From Octopus sinensis (Eukaryota): a stretch of DNA of 64,000 nucleotides. The stretch lies in NCBI RefSeq assembly GCF_006345805.1, contig NC_043019.1:11469360-11533359 (forward strand), read 5' to 3'. A program made the translations under genes and the position numbers. The number at the start of each line of letters is the position of its first letter. Position 1 is the first letter of the stretch. This document shows, one piece after another, positions 13,060 to 25,602 of this stretch. Under the pieces are notes generated by a model that saw only the letters and a program-made list of their open reading frames with translations, searched no databases and was not told where the DNA came from.

Positions 13060-13300
13060 AGTCCTAGACACGCTATATCTGAAGGATGCATTGAATAGTG
13101 TAGTCCTAGACATGTCTGAAGGACATATTGAAAAGTGCAGTCCTAGATATATTAAGTCTGAAGGACACATTAGATAGTGTAGTCCTAGATATACTATGCC
13201 TGAAGGACACATTGAAAAGTGTAGTCCTAGATATATTAAGTCTGAAGGACACATTGGATAATGTAGTCTAATATATACTATATCTGAAAGACACATTGGA
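13060..13300. repeat. 42-bp minisatellite, about 6 copies, alternating variants
   Basis: tgaaggacacattg(aaa/gat)agtgtagtcctagatata(ttaagtc/ctatgcc). Confidence 0.8.
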
Positions 13301-14125
13301 TACTACAGAGGTTGGGCAAAAACAGAACAACTAAAAGAACTTTTCAACTATGGTATTAAAAGTTTCAAGGGGAGTTAAGCTGACACAAGTTATAAGTAGA
13401 GTAATCTCCCTTGCCCGAAACGACGCCTTCACTCATAAAGTACTGCTTCTACAGCTGGATGCTATAGAAGAAGACACTCGTACAAGGTACCACATAGTGG
13501 GACTAAACACCAAATCGCATGGTGTTGAATTGTGGTGCCATGCAGTGGGACTGAACCTGAAAGCATGTGGTTTCGAAGAGGATTCCTTAACTGCACAGCT
13601 GTGCTTGAAGAGAACTCAGTACTTTAAAGCACTGCTTTCAGATGTAGCAACTTGTTGGGGTTTCTTCTTCTCCATTTCTGCTGACAGTCGCAGTATAAAC
13701 CCTAATAGGGCTCTGATAAAACATCACAGTGGCCTTGTTCAAAATGTTACAGAAGCTTTGCAAAAAAAATGCCTTACTTAAAAGGCCACAGAGATTTTGC
13801 TAAGAAGGTCAGAGAGGTCTTGCTAAAATGGTCATGGTGACACTTCTAAAAAGTTACTGGAGCTTTATTGAAACATCACTGGAAGCCTTGCAAAAAACGT
13901 TACAGAGAGCTCGTTAAAAAGCTCAGGGAACTCTTGCCAAAATTTCATGGAGGCCTTGCTAAAAAAAGTCACAGAAGCTTTGCTTAATAATCACATAGGC
14001 CCTTCCAAAAAGGGTCAAAGGCTCCAATAAAAATATAGCAGAAACACAGTTCTGTATTTAAGAGATGAGGAATTATGTACATTATTTACATTCCATGGAT
14101 ATTTGTCCTCATCTTGTTTGTTGTT

Positions 14126-14171
14126 AACACAACGTTTCGGCTGATATACTCTCCAGCCTTCATCAGGTGTC
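14126..14171 (-). ncRNA. Minimal type I hammerhead ribozyme motif (sense to WASH pre-mRNA)
   Basis: Reverse complement reads GACAC CTGATGA A GGCTG gagagtatat CAGCC GAAAC GTT GTGTT. Confidence 0.6.
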
Positions 14172-14251
14172 TTGGGGATATTTCGAACCTGGGTTCTCAT
14201 TCCTAAGGTATTTTCCTTAGGAATGAGAACCCAGGTTAGAAATTTCCCCAA

Positions 14252-14297
14252 GACACCTGATGACGGCTGGAGGGTATATCAGCCGAAACGTTGTGTT
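14252..14297 (+). ncRNA. Minimal type I hammerhead ribozyme motif
   Basis: GACAC CTGATGA C GGCTG gagggtatat CAGCC GAAAC GTT GTGTT: core CUGAUGA/GAAA, 5-bp stem II, stem I GACAC/GUGUU, palindromic AACGTT in place of stem III. Confidence 0.6.
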
Positions 14298-15520
14298 AAC
14301 AACAAACAAGATGAGGACAAATATCCGTCAATTGTAAATAATGTGTAGTACAACGGTTTAGCATTTTTCAACAGTGTAGTAAGCTCCACATACAAACAAG
14401 GTGAGGACAAATATCTGTCGAATGTAAATAATGTAAATAGCAGATACATACTAAAAAGATCACATGCAGTCACTCTCTTCCTCTGACAACTATTAAAAAA
14501 AATCCCACGTACAAGGCACCCATACTGGTAGCACATAAATGCACTCAAGCCAGTGCTGTGTAAAAGCACCCAGCACACTCTGTAAAGTGGTTGGCATTAG
14601 GAAAGGAATCCAGTCATAGAAACCATGCCAAAATAGACAACTGGAGCTTGGGCATCTCTGCAGCAGGCCCGCTCCTGTCAAACCTTCCAAACCACGGCAG
14701 CATGGGAAACAGAAATGTTAAATGTAAGGTGGCGAGCTGGCAGAAATGTTAGCATGCCAGGCGAAATGCGAATCAGTATTTCAAATTCCGCCGAGGTCAA
14801 CTTTGCCTTTCATCCTTTTGGGGTCGATAAATTAAGTACCTATTTCTTTACTACCCACAAGGGGCTAAACACAGAGAGCACAAACAAGGACAGACAAACG
14901 GATTAAGTCGATTATATCAGTGCGTAACTGGTACTTAATTTATCGACCCCGAAAGGATGAAAGGCAAAGTCAACCTCGGCGGAATTTGAACTCAGAACGT
15001 AACGGCAGACGAAATACGGCTATGCATTTCGCCCGACGTGTTAACGTGTCTGCCAGCTCACCGCCTGTAAATTAAGTACCAGTTACCCACTGGGGTCGAA
15101 GTAATTACCTTAATCCCTTTGTCTGTCCTTGTTAGTCCCCTCTGTGTTTAGCCCCTTGTGGGCAATAAAGAAATAAGACATGTTAAATGATGATGATAGC
15201 CAGAGCTACATGTTGTGTTCTTGAGCAAGACACTTTATTTCACGTTGTTCCAGTTCACTCAGCTGTAGAAATGAGTTGCGACATCACAGGTGCCAAGCTG
15301 TATCGGCCCTTGCATTTCCCTTGGACAACATTGGTGACGTGGAGAGGGGAGGCCGGTATGCATGGGCGACTGCTGGTCTTCCATAAAACAACCTTGCCCA
15401 GACTTGTGCCTCAGAGGGTAACTCTCTAGGTGCAAACCCATGGTCAGTGTCTGACCGAAGGTGGTCACCACCACTGCATGTCTACAACATAAACAATAAC
15501 AACATAAAACAATAACTTAC

Positions 15521-16041
15521 AGATTTTCAGAAGTATTAAAGAGCAGCAGGGTTGATATAGATGGAATGTTGTGGGGCAGTCGACCAAGTCCTTCACCCTC
15601 ACCCTCACGCTGTTTACTTTTCAAATTAATGTGAACATTGTAGAACTGTAATTTCTCTTTCAGCACTTTCTCGTCGACCACGATGTGTTTGTTTCCCTGC
15701 AGCTTTGAGTGTGTTTTCTTCAGGACTTTTAGATTCTGTCTATCTCGGAACAAGCTGTTGTATTCGTCGAGGTATTCAGTGGAAGGAAACTTGGCAGAAG
15801 CAAACACCCTGGTCGCTTTGTTGCTGCCCTTCAGCTTCTCGACTTTGGCTTGCGCTATGCCGACCCGGTTGTTTACTTTGTCCAGGCGCTGAAGGTTGTC
15901 GTTGACTTTGTTGCTGATGCGGTCGAAAATATCATCAGTCACTTGATACAGGTACTGCAATGTGTCAGCAATTTGAATGATGGTATCTTCCTGCCACAAA
16001 TCAGGAGGGATTGTCGGAATGTTATATATCTGGTTAGACAT
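15521..16041 (-). CDS. WASHC1: WASH complex subunit 1, coding exon 1 (WAHD/WHD2 N-terminal region)
   Basis: MSNQIYNIPTIPPDLWQEDTIIQIADTLQYL...EGLGRLPHNIPSISTLLLFNTSENL parallels human WASH1 (PDLRREEAVQQMADALQYL...[25 protein letters not shown], recalled). Donor CT|GTAAGT at 15521/15520, phase 2. Confidence 0.97.
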
Positions 16042-16137
16042 ATTGGCTAACTATGTCACTTCGTTGAGGTAAATGTCATTTGTCAATTTGTTGAAGTAGG
16101 AACTGGAAAATAGGCAACAGTGGCTCTCTTAGTTCAT
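16042..16137 (-). other. WASH1 5' UTR part of the first coding exon; acceptor at 16138/16137, alternative at 16103/16102
   Basis: tttttttttcatttcag|ATGAAC and gcctattttccag|TTCC are both polypyrimidine-AG acceptors upstream of the ATG at 16041. Confidence 0.6.
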
Positions 16138-17044
16138 CTGAAATGAAAAAAAAATTATTGGATAATTAAAACAATTTCCTCATTAAATATTTCTTTTTAA
16201 ATATATTATTTTATCTTTCTTATTTCTTCACTGCCCACAGAGGGGCTAAACATGGAGGGGACAAACAAAGACAGACAAAGGGATTAAGTCGATTACATCG
16301 ACCCCAGTGCGTAACAGGTACTTACTTAATCGACCCCGAAAGGATGAAAGGCAAAGTCGACCTCGGCGGAATTTGAACTCATAATGTAACAGCAGACGAA
16401 ATGACTATTTCTTTACTACCCACAAGGGACTAAACACAGAGGACAAACGGATTAAGTCGATTATATTGACCCCAGTGCATAACTGGTACTTATTTAACTG
16501 ACCCCGAAAGGATGAAAGGCAAAGTCGACCTTGGTAGAATTTGAACTCAGTACACAGCGGTAGATGAAATACCGCTAAGTATTTCGTCCGGCGTGCTACC
16601 GTTTCTGCCAGCTCGCTGCCTTTATTTTTTAATTTTATCTTTCTTTAGTTCATCCTAAAGCATGCTGGTCTGCCCTCTATGATGGAAACCTTCATTGATA
16701 AAAATGTCGGTTAGGTCACATACACAGGATGGACAGCAGCAGAACCTGCAGACAAATCTATTACTCCAAACGATGGAAAGGGGAAAAAAAACCAGGGAAG
16801 ACCTAAACTTCAAAGACACTGCAAAGAGGAATATAAAATGGAAAGGAATTCATCACAGTGAATGGCAAAGCAAAGCAGAAAACTGACCAGTAGGGAGAAA
16901 GCTTATGAAGACAAACCAAAGCCATGGACAGTCAGTCATGACGAGTGACAGGAGATACCACCATCTTCCTTCTCTCCTCTGTATTTTCCAACTGAGGTCA
17001 CCATGCATCTCCTTTACAGCAAGATACCCACTTCTGTACAGGTA

Positions 17045-17490
17045 CAGTTCTATATTTAAGAGATGAGGAATTATGTACATTATTTATATTATTTATATTT
17101 GACCTCATGTCTGTTGCCAGCCTCGCCTGGCCCCCGTGCCGGTGGCACGTAAAAGCACCATCCGTTCATGGCCGTTTGCCAGCTCCGTCTGGCACCTGTG
17201 TGGGTGGCACGTAAAAAGCACCCACTACACTCACGGAGTGGTTGGCGTTAGGGAGGGCATCCAGCCGTAGAAACACTGCCAGATCAGACTGGGCCTGGTG
17301 CAGCCTTCTGGCCTCACAGACCCCAGTTGAACCGTCCAACCCATGCTAGCATGAAAAGCAGACGCTAAATGATATTTGACCTCATCTTGTTTGTTGTTAA
17401 CACAATGTTTTGGCTGATATATCCTCCAGCCTTCATCAGGTGTCTTGGGGAAATTTCAAACTTGGGTTCTCATTCCTAAGGTATTTTTCG
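17045..17490 (-). mobile_element. Third, decayed copy of the Penelope-like terminus, interrupted by an RTE 3' fragment
   Basis: Matches 14045-14215. Insertion 17109-17371 is flanked by a 14-bp TSD atatttgacctcat (17095-17108, 17372-17385). Confidence 0.7.
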
Positions 17491-18199
17491 ATATTATTAT
17501 TATTAAGGTCACTGCCTGAAATTGAACTTGGAATCTTGGGGTTAGTATCCCGCACTCTTAACCACTACGCCATATACCCACGGGCCTATGGCGTAGTGGT
17601 TAAGATAAGTTGGGCACAGGAGTTGATGTAATGGACTTACCCACTTCACCAACATTTCAGGCCTTGTGCCTTTAATAGAAAGGATTATCATTATTATTAT
17701 TATTATTAAGGCAGCAAGCAGGCAGAATCATTGGCACACTGAACAAAATGCTGAGTGGCATTTCCTCAACTTTATGTTCTTAGTTCAAATTCCATCAAGG
17801 TCGATTTTGTCTTACGTACTTTTATATAAGTCAATGAAATTAGTATCAGTTAAGCACTGAGTAGGTGGGTGTAATTGATTATCCCACTCCCCACAAAATT
17901 CCTGGCCTAGAAAGAATTATCATAAACATTCTCCTTCCAAATTATTTTGCTTGTTTTCGTTGATGTTGGTGTTTAACTTTCATCAATGCTGATGAAGCAA
18001 GCTTATGACCAAAGGCATTCAAGCCATGACCATCCCCACGTTTTCCCTGGACACAATGCACTTGAAATTACACACATTTATATAGATGTATGTATCTCTA
18101 CGTATATAGGTACGCATTATCTACAGCTTAGCCAAGTCAGCTGTGAAGGAAACACATCCCATCTATAGCCATTTCTTCATTTTTGTTCTTTAAACACAA

Positions 18200-18299
18200 T
18201 GTACTAGGGATCAAAATTCGGCAGCTATTTCTACCAAATCGAACGACCACCGTAAAAGACTCTCCATCGGCTCGACATCTATTTGACACACACACACAG

Positions 18300-18362
<63 letters not shown>

Positions 18363-18758
18363 TTTTATCTCGTTTGGCTTAACAGCCCTTCTTGTCTGTG
18401 TTACTGTTATTCTCCGTGTCCTGTCTTTTACTGTTTATATTTTGTACTGTCGTTACTGTCCTGTTTTTGTTACCATTTTTACTCCTCCGCAAAAAAATCT
18501 CAAATTTTATTTAATTTGATTTTCGCGGGAAGGAAAATTTCATTAAAGTCATGTATCGCCTTTTCCTTGTTTTGTATGTCCTGTACTCTATTTTTTCGTT
18601 GTTTAAAAAAATGTCCATTTCCTTGGTTTTGTGTTTATGTTTTCGTTTCTCCTTGTGTTCGACGTTTTTTTTGGTGTCCTGTATGCATGTATATATACAT
18701 GTAGAGGTAGGTACGTACATATACGTATGTATATATGCATATGTTTTATTTATTTTTA

Positions 18759-18807
<49 letters not shown>

Positions 18808-19046
18808 GGGTGATTCAAAAGTCTCCCTGTATCAACAACAGGTATGACTAGATGTGTTATTATGAGTTCACAATGAGTGGGGTAAACGTTTTGCAATGTG
18901 TATTCAAAACAATGGTAACCATATAGAGCCTATTAAATAAATAAATAATAAAGAAACTGTTCTTATAAACAGTTTCTTATAAAAAAAAATAAACTGTTCC
19001 TATGTATGGCCACTTTTGAATCACCCTGTATGTATGTGTATATATG

Positions 19047-19105
<59 letters not shown>

Positions 19106-19700
19106 GTATATATGTATGCTTTTGCACGTGATTGTTGTTTATCCATGAAGAAAAATCTGTGGAACAATTAAACGCCCCGAAACCAATTTGTAGACATCAC
19201 ACATAAACACACACACACACAAACGAAATCGCCCTTAATTGGAAATTAAAATAATATTTCAAAATATCCTACTTTTATGAAAGAAAGCATTAATAAAGGG
19301 AAAACGACAAAATACACTACAGTGTTATAAACAGCAAATGTTTTTTTTGGGGGGTCGTGAGTAATAAACCCGACAAGAAACGAAAGGGGTGTGTGAAATG
19401 TTTTTAGTAAGAAGAGAAACTTGAAGCTTCTGTGGTAAATATATATAAGAAAGTTATATAAAAACAAGTTAACAGTTACCAATGGCTAGAATATGGAGCC
19501 CGTTAAAATGTTCTAAATTGATTTCGACAGCGTTTAAATAAATTAGAGAAATATATAAAGAGGAGAGAGGCTTTTAAAATAATAACACTCACAAAATTTC
19601 GATGCTGGAGTCAAGTTTCTATCGCTGAATTATGGTGGGCGGTGTCAAGTGAAATAGTTACTAGACAAATAATGGACCGCGATAAAACATCAAAAAAAAA
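18200..19700 (-). promoter_or_regulatory. Candidate WASH1 promoter and non-coding first exon (CpG-retaining region, GC box)
   Basis: Mostly unique sequence with visibly more CpG than its flanks. GGGCGG at 19637-19642. Minus-strand donor TTG|GTAACT at 19480/19479. Confidence 0.35.
18806..19028. mobile_element. Tc1/mariner-type MITE
   Basis: Perfect 17-bp TIR cagggtgattcaaaagt / acttttgaatcaccctg, followed by TA. Confidence 0.8.
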
Positions 19701-21763
19701 ACTCTTTTTTCTTGGCTTATACAATTTATGGATTGTAGCATTTAAATGCTTTTTAGATTAATATTTTATGTTTATATGTGAGAATTATTTGGAGTAATTT
19801 AACTGAGCTAAATTATAACATATTTGAAATTAATATTACACAACATTTGTATTATATATATATATATGTCATGTCCTACAATCACACATACATATAGGAA
19901 ATAGCGTGACGTACACACACTGATAGGCAATGGTGTTGGCCACACATACATACACACACACACTGATAGCTACACACACTAATTTATTTCCTTGATTAGG
20001 CATACTGTTGATGAAATAAATGTGATATTGGAGACTTATTATCATTACGAATCTCATATTTCGATGACATTTCTAGCCTTAATTATCTCTTCTTTATTTC
20101 TGCCTATTTATTACTCGTTATTACAGTGGCAAAGTGTTTGTAGAAACACACATACACACGTATACTTATGGCTAAATATGCCTATACACAAATACCTATG
20201 GCTAAATATACACTTACACACATATACCTATGGCTAAATAGGTTTATATCACAGTCCTAAGACCTCAGGTTCAATTCCTCCTTGTAGTACATTAGGCTTA
20301 AACGGTTTCCAAAATAGGACAAATTTGTACTGTAGCTTTGTAAATACGAAAATTCATCATCATCATTGTCGTTTAACGTCCGCTTTCCATGCTAGCATGG
20401 GTTGGACGATTTGACTGAGGACTGGCGAACCAGATGGCTGCACCAAGCTCCAATCTTGATCTGGCAGAGTTTCTACAGCTGGATGCCCTTCCTAACGCCA
20501 ACCACTCTGAGAGTGTAGTGGGTGCTTTTACATTCCACTGGCACGAGGGCCAGTCAGGCGGTACTGGCAACGGCCATGCTCAAATGGTGTTTTTTATGTG
20601 CCACCTGTACAGGAGACCAGTCCAGCAGCACTGGCAACGACCTCGCTCAAATGTTTTGTTTATGTGCCACCTGCACAAGTGCCAGTAAGGTGACGCTGGT
20701 AATGATCATGCTCGAATGGTGCTTTTTATGTGCCACTGGCACAGAAGCCAGTCAGCTGCTCTGGCAACAATCATGGTCGGATGGTGCTAACATGTTTATT
20801 AACATTGTAACACACTTCTACCTATAACTTAATAGTAATTTTGATAAACTGGCTGCCACTGTTTAGCAGTATAGTGGGTGCTTTTATGTGCCACCGGCAC
20901 GAGGTCAGGTGGTGCTGGCAACAGCCACGCTCAAATGGTGTTTTTTACATGCCACCTGCACAGGAGCCAGTCCAGTGGCACTGGCAACGACCTCGCTCGA
21001 ATATTTTTTTGCATGCCTCTGGCACAAGTGCCAGTATGGCAACGCTGGTAACGATCACACTCGAATGGTGCTTTTTACATGCCACCGGCACAGAAACCAG
21101 TTTGTTGCTCTGGCAACGATCACGCTTGGATGGTGGTCTTAATGCTCCACTAAACACGGATGCCAGTCATCGAATTTGATAAAATAAAACAACACTACTC
21201 TTACTTGTTTCAATCATTTGACTGCAGCCATGCTGGAGCACCGCTTTTAATCGAGCAACTCGACCCCGGGCCTTCTTCTTTTGTAAGCCCAGTACTTATT
21301 CTATCGGTCTCTTTTGCTGAACCGCTAAGTAACGGGGACATAAACACACCAGCATCAGTTGTCAAGCAATGCTAGGGGAACAAACACAGACACACAAACA
21401 CATATATAAGACGGGCTTCTTTCAGTTTCCGTCTACCAAATCCACTCACAAGGCTTTGGTCGGCCCAAGGCTATAGTAGAAGACACTTGCCCAAGGTGCC
21501 ACACAGTGGGACTGAACCCGGAACCATGTGGTTAGTAAACAAGCTACTTACCACACAGCCACTCCTGCGCCTAATTATTGATTATAATATATATTCTTGA
21601 GGAAATTGGCTGAGTTTTTCTAACCGCAAATAATAACTTACCAAGAAATTGACCCTGATGTCATTATATAAAGGGTAATCCTCAAAAAATACTTCATTTT
21701 TGTATCTGGTTTGCAAGATTCTTTATGTGAATTTGTGTGTTGAAACAAATTTTGTTGTGTCTA

Positions 21764-22027
21764 GGGAGAGTCATTATGCCAATATAATTAACACACATTT
21801 TAGTTCAAGTCCACTCTTGTTCTTTCTAATTAGTCAATTAGTTAAATATTCAACTAGCTAATTTGATTTGATTTTGTTTGTCAAAGATCTTTTGTTGCTA
21901 CTTGCAACCTTTGACAAACAAAAATAAAACAAATTAGTAAGTTGGATATTTAACCAATTGACTAATAATAAAGAAAAAGAGTAGAATTGAACCAGTGTGT
22001 GTGTTATATTGGTGTGATGACTTTCCT
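21764..22027. repeat. Foldback palindrome A
   Basis: Arms about 21764-21886 and 21909-22027 (e.g. tttgtcaaag/ctttgacaaa), with inner hairpin gttgc-tactt-gcaac. Confidence 0.8.
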
Positions 22028-22112
22028 CGATACCTCAAAAAATATAAAATAAAAATTATGGAGATGTACTTGCATAGCAAGTGACCTGATCTGAGATCGT
22101 GTGCTGGAATGA

Positions 22113-22341
22113 AAACAATTGCAGCGTGAAAGGTGTTTATAAGCCATTTAAGAAAGGCACAAAAACCATTAGATTCACTTCAATATTTAAATTTAATTTT
22201 TCAAAATATTTTTGTGAACAGGTCGCGGTCTCAAAGCAACGAAAATATTTCGACAAATTAAATTTTAATGTTGCAGTGAATCTAACGGTTTTTGTGTGTT
22301 TCTTAAATGGCTTATAAACACCTTCCACGCTGCAATTGTTT
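22113..22341. repeat. Foldback palindrome B
   Basis: aacaattgcagcgtg...cacgctgcaattgtt. The ORF track shows mirror translations on both strands (GVYKPFKK). Confidence 0.85.
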
Positions 22342-23246
22342 GTAAAATAAAATAAAATTAAAAAATGCTCGTGTGTTAGAATTTATTCATTTTATAAAAC
22401 ATATACATATTTGTTTTTGGACATGAAAGAAATTTGGCGTGCACTCTCAGAGAGAGAGAGATGGGAGAGAGATACGGACAGAGAGAGTGGGAGAGGTAAA
22501 GACAGAGAGAGAAAGATAAAGGTGGATGTATAGAAAGCAAAAAGGGCTCCTAGTGAAATTAATATTCCTGGATAAAAGAGGAATAAGACTAAATTCTGCC
22601 AAGAATATATTTACTCTGACGCTCTACCATTTCTGTTAATACAACAACCACCCTAGTTATTTCATAATGACCCATGATCAAGCAAAATTTTTACTGCAAG
22701 AATTTGGCACAATTTCTTTCAGACAAATTTTCTCCCTTCCAAATACCCCTTTTCCCCCCACCTGTTACCACCATTCTTGAAGGCCCTAAAAATAGTCATG
22801 TGCACTACTCTCCTTCGTCCTCTAAGCAATGGGCAAAATAATAACAATAATGATTTCGAATTTTGGCACAAAGCCAGCATGTTCTGGAGATGGCGGCTAG
22901 TGGATTAAATCAACCCCAGTACGCAACTGGTACTTATTTTACTAACCCCGAAAAGATCATAAAGATAGATGAAATGCCACTAATCATTTTTCCCAGTATG
23001 CTAATGATAACGATAATAAGGTGGCAAGCTGGCAGAAACGTTAGCATGCCGGGTGAAATGCGTAGCTGTATTTTGTCTGCAGTTACATTCTGAGTTCAAA
23101 TTCCGCCGAGGTCGACTTTGCCTTTCATCCTTTCAGGGTTGATAAATTAAGTACCAGCTACGCACTGGGGTCGATGTAATCAACTTAATCCGTTTGTCTG
23201 TCCTTGTTTGTCCCCTCTGTGTTTAGCCCCTTGTGATTTTCAACAG

Positions 23247-23593
23247 TAGTTGAAATGATATTTCAACAGTATGTCTGTCTTTGTCAAGTTCAAAATAAGA
23301 AGTGATAAAAATTCAAAATTGCAGAAATTTAAACGCAAAGTATGAACGAGAGCAACCAGCGTCCACACGTTGATGGAATGACATCATCAGTCTTAAAGTT
23401 TCAAATCCTGTCTTTTTCTTTTCGCCTGTAATAAAATTGTAACTTAAAAACTGATGATGTCATTCCATCAACGTGTGGACACTGGTCACTCTCATTCATA
23501 CTTTACGTTTAAATTTCTGCAATTTTGAATTTTTATCACTTCTTATTTTAAACTTGACAAAGACAGACGTACTGTTGAAATATCGTTCAACTA
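23247..23593. repeat. Foldback palindrome C
   Basis: Arms of about 155 bp (tagttgaa...atcagtc / actgat...ttcaacta) around a spacer of about 35 nt. Confidence 0.85.
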
Positions 23594-23633
23594 ATAAAAT
23601 ATCTTACAATCGAATCGTACTCTTTGTCTTGAC

Positions 23634-23671
<38 letters not shown>

Positions 23672-24167
23672 GTTTCAAATTAAGCCACAAGGGCAGCAGT
23701 TTTGGGGAAGGGCGTAAGTCAATTACATTGACCCCCAGTATTCAACTGGTACTTATTTTATCAACCCTGACCCCAGCAGCATTTGAACTCCGAATGTAAG
23801 GACAGACAAAATATTACTAAGCATTTTGCCCAGCATGCAAATGATTCTGCCAGCTCACCACTTTAATAACAATAGTAATGATGGTTTCAAATTTTGGCAC
23901 AAGGCCGGCATTTTTTAGGGGTGGCGGTGTTAGTCAATACCCTCAACCCCAGCATTTTGCTGACACTGTATTTTATTCTCAAACCCAGCGAGGGACAGGA
24001 GAATGAAATACAAGTTAAGCGTGAGGTGGGTGGGATTTGAACTCAGATGGTAAAGAGCCGAAACAAACACCACGAGGTGTTTCGTGTGGTGCTCTGTCGA
24101 TTAAGCCAGCTTGCTACTTGTACAATAATTTAACAGTAATATAAACTAGCAGCTATTACTACTACTT

Positions 24168-24204
<37 letters not shown>

Positions 24205-24256
24205 TACTACTACAACTACTACTACCACCACCACTACTACCACCACCGCCGCCACC

Positions 24257-24288
<32 letters not shown>

Positions 24289-24649
24289 CACCACTACTGC
24301 TGCTGCTGCTACTACTACTACAACTACTACTACTACTACCACCACCACCACCACCACTGCTGCTGCTGCTGCTACTACTACTACTACTACCACCACCACC
24401 ACCACCACCACTACTACTACTGCTACTACTACTGCTGCCACTGCTGCTGCTGCTACTACTACTACTACTACACAGTTGTCTTGCTGATGTTGCCTGTGAG
24501 CAAAGGTTGAAAAATATACAAATGAATAAAAAAGGACTTCAAAATACAAGGGTCTTTTGTTTTTGGTTGGTGGGAGGGAGGTGCCCTACTCTGTGAGCCG
24601 TTACCAAACTCTCATTTCATTTTCATTGTAATTATGTTGTTTTTCTTTA

Positions 24650-24780
24650 TTATAGATTTTCGTTATTCAAAAGTCCTGTGGCAAGATTCCTTGGCCGCAG
24701 TCTTCCGTAGAGAATAAAACTAATTGTGGCCAAGAGGACACCCGTCAGCAGCATGCCAATACCCAGTCCAATCATTTGAC
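24650..24780 (-). CDS. Membrane protein gene last exon (TM helix and cytoplasmic tail)
   Basis: ttgttctgtccacag|GT; (G)QMIGLGIGMLLTGVLLATISFILYGRLRPRNLATGLLNNENL*; TAA at 24652-24650 overlaps AATAAA. Confidence 0.92.
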
Positions 24781-25078
24781 CTGTGGACAGAACAAGAAAC
24801 AGACAATTTACTTTGTGTTCGTGTTGTTATTTATCAATATTAACATAATCAGGGACTAACAAGCTTCCTTGATCTGCTACGCTGGGGGAAACATTTATAA
24901 AATTGATTTGCTTGGGGGTGACCTGAAAATAGCAAATGAAGAGACACCCAGAAAAATTTGCAACATACAGATCTAATCATGTGGTTTATTAAATGGGATT
25001 CTCGGAGTTTCAGCAGAGTAAAATATTTGCCTTTCAGTAAATAAATACACATCCCAGTGCTAAAGCATATATTGTGTG

Positions 25079-25602
25079 CCATAAATCCTTGAGTATAGTC
25101 CGCCCTTGAGTATAATATGCAGGGGATTTTTAGGGGGCTGTACCTCTGAAAAACCTAAACCTTGTGTATAATACGCACCCCTTCTTTAGAGAAGGGGTGT
25201 GTATTGAGTCAAGGAGGTCTATATAACATCGTGGTTTCTAAAAATGTATACGGTAATGTCCTTTATTATTATTGTATATATAACATAATGCAAACGTGTA
25301 GCTTTTTTGTGCATTTTGTTTGTAGAAAATAAAGAAATAACAGTAATTACGTTTAATAAATGTTGCTTACTGCAAGTTATGGATGATTCTTTTATGACTT
25401 CATTGCTTTCAGGCTTAGCTTAAGGTATTTTCGCGTCCAACATCACAAAATGCGTCTGAATAAACATTGCTGGACAGCAAATAGAGACTCGGACATTGCT
25501 TAGAAAATATTTTTCATTTTTAACCTCGTATATAGTATGCACTAGGAATTTTGACCGTTAAATTTTGGGGAAAAAATGCGGATTATACTCAAGGATTTAC
25601 GG
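25079..25602. mobile_element. pogo/Tigger-type MITE
   Basis: TIR cc(g/a)taaatccttgagtata(a/g)tccgc at both ends, TA on the right flank. Confidence 0.7.

Larger units (their letters stand above)
14078..14347. mobile_element. Penelope-like element terminus as a near-perfect inverted repeat (arms about 130 bp, 6-nt loop)
   Basis: 14078-14208 is the reverse complement of 14215-14347; loop tatttt at 14209-14214. Each arm carries CTGATGA...GAAACGTT. Confidence 0.7.
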
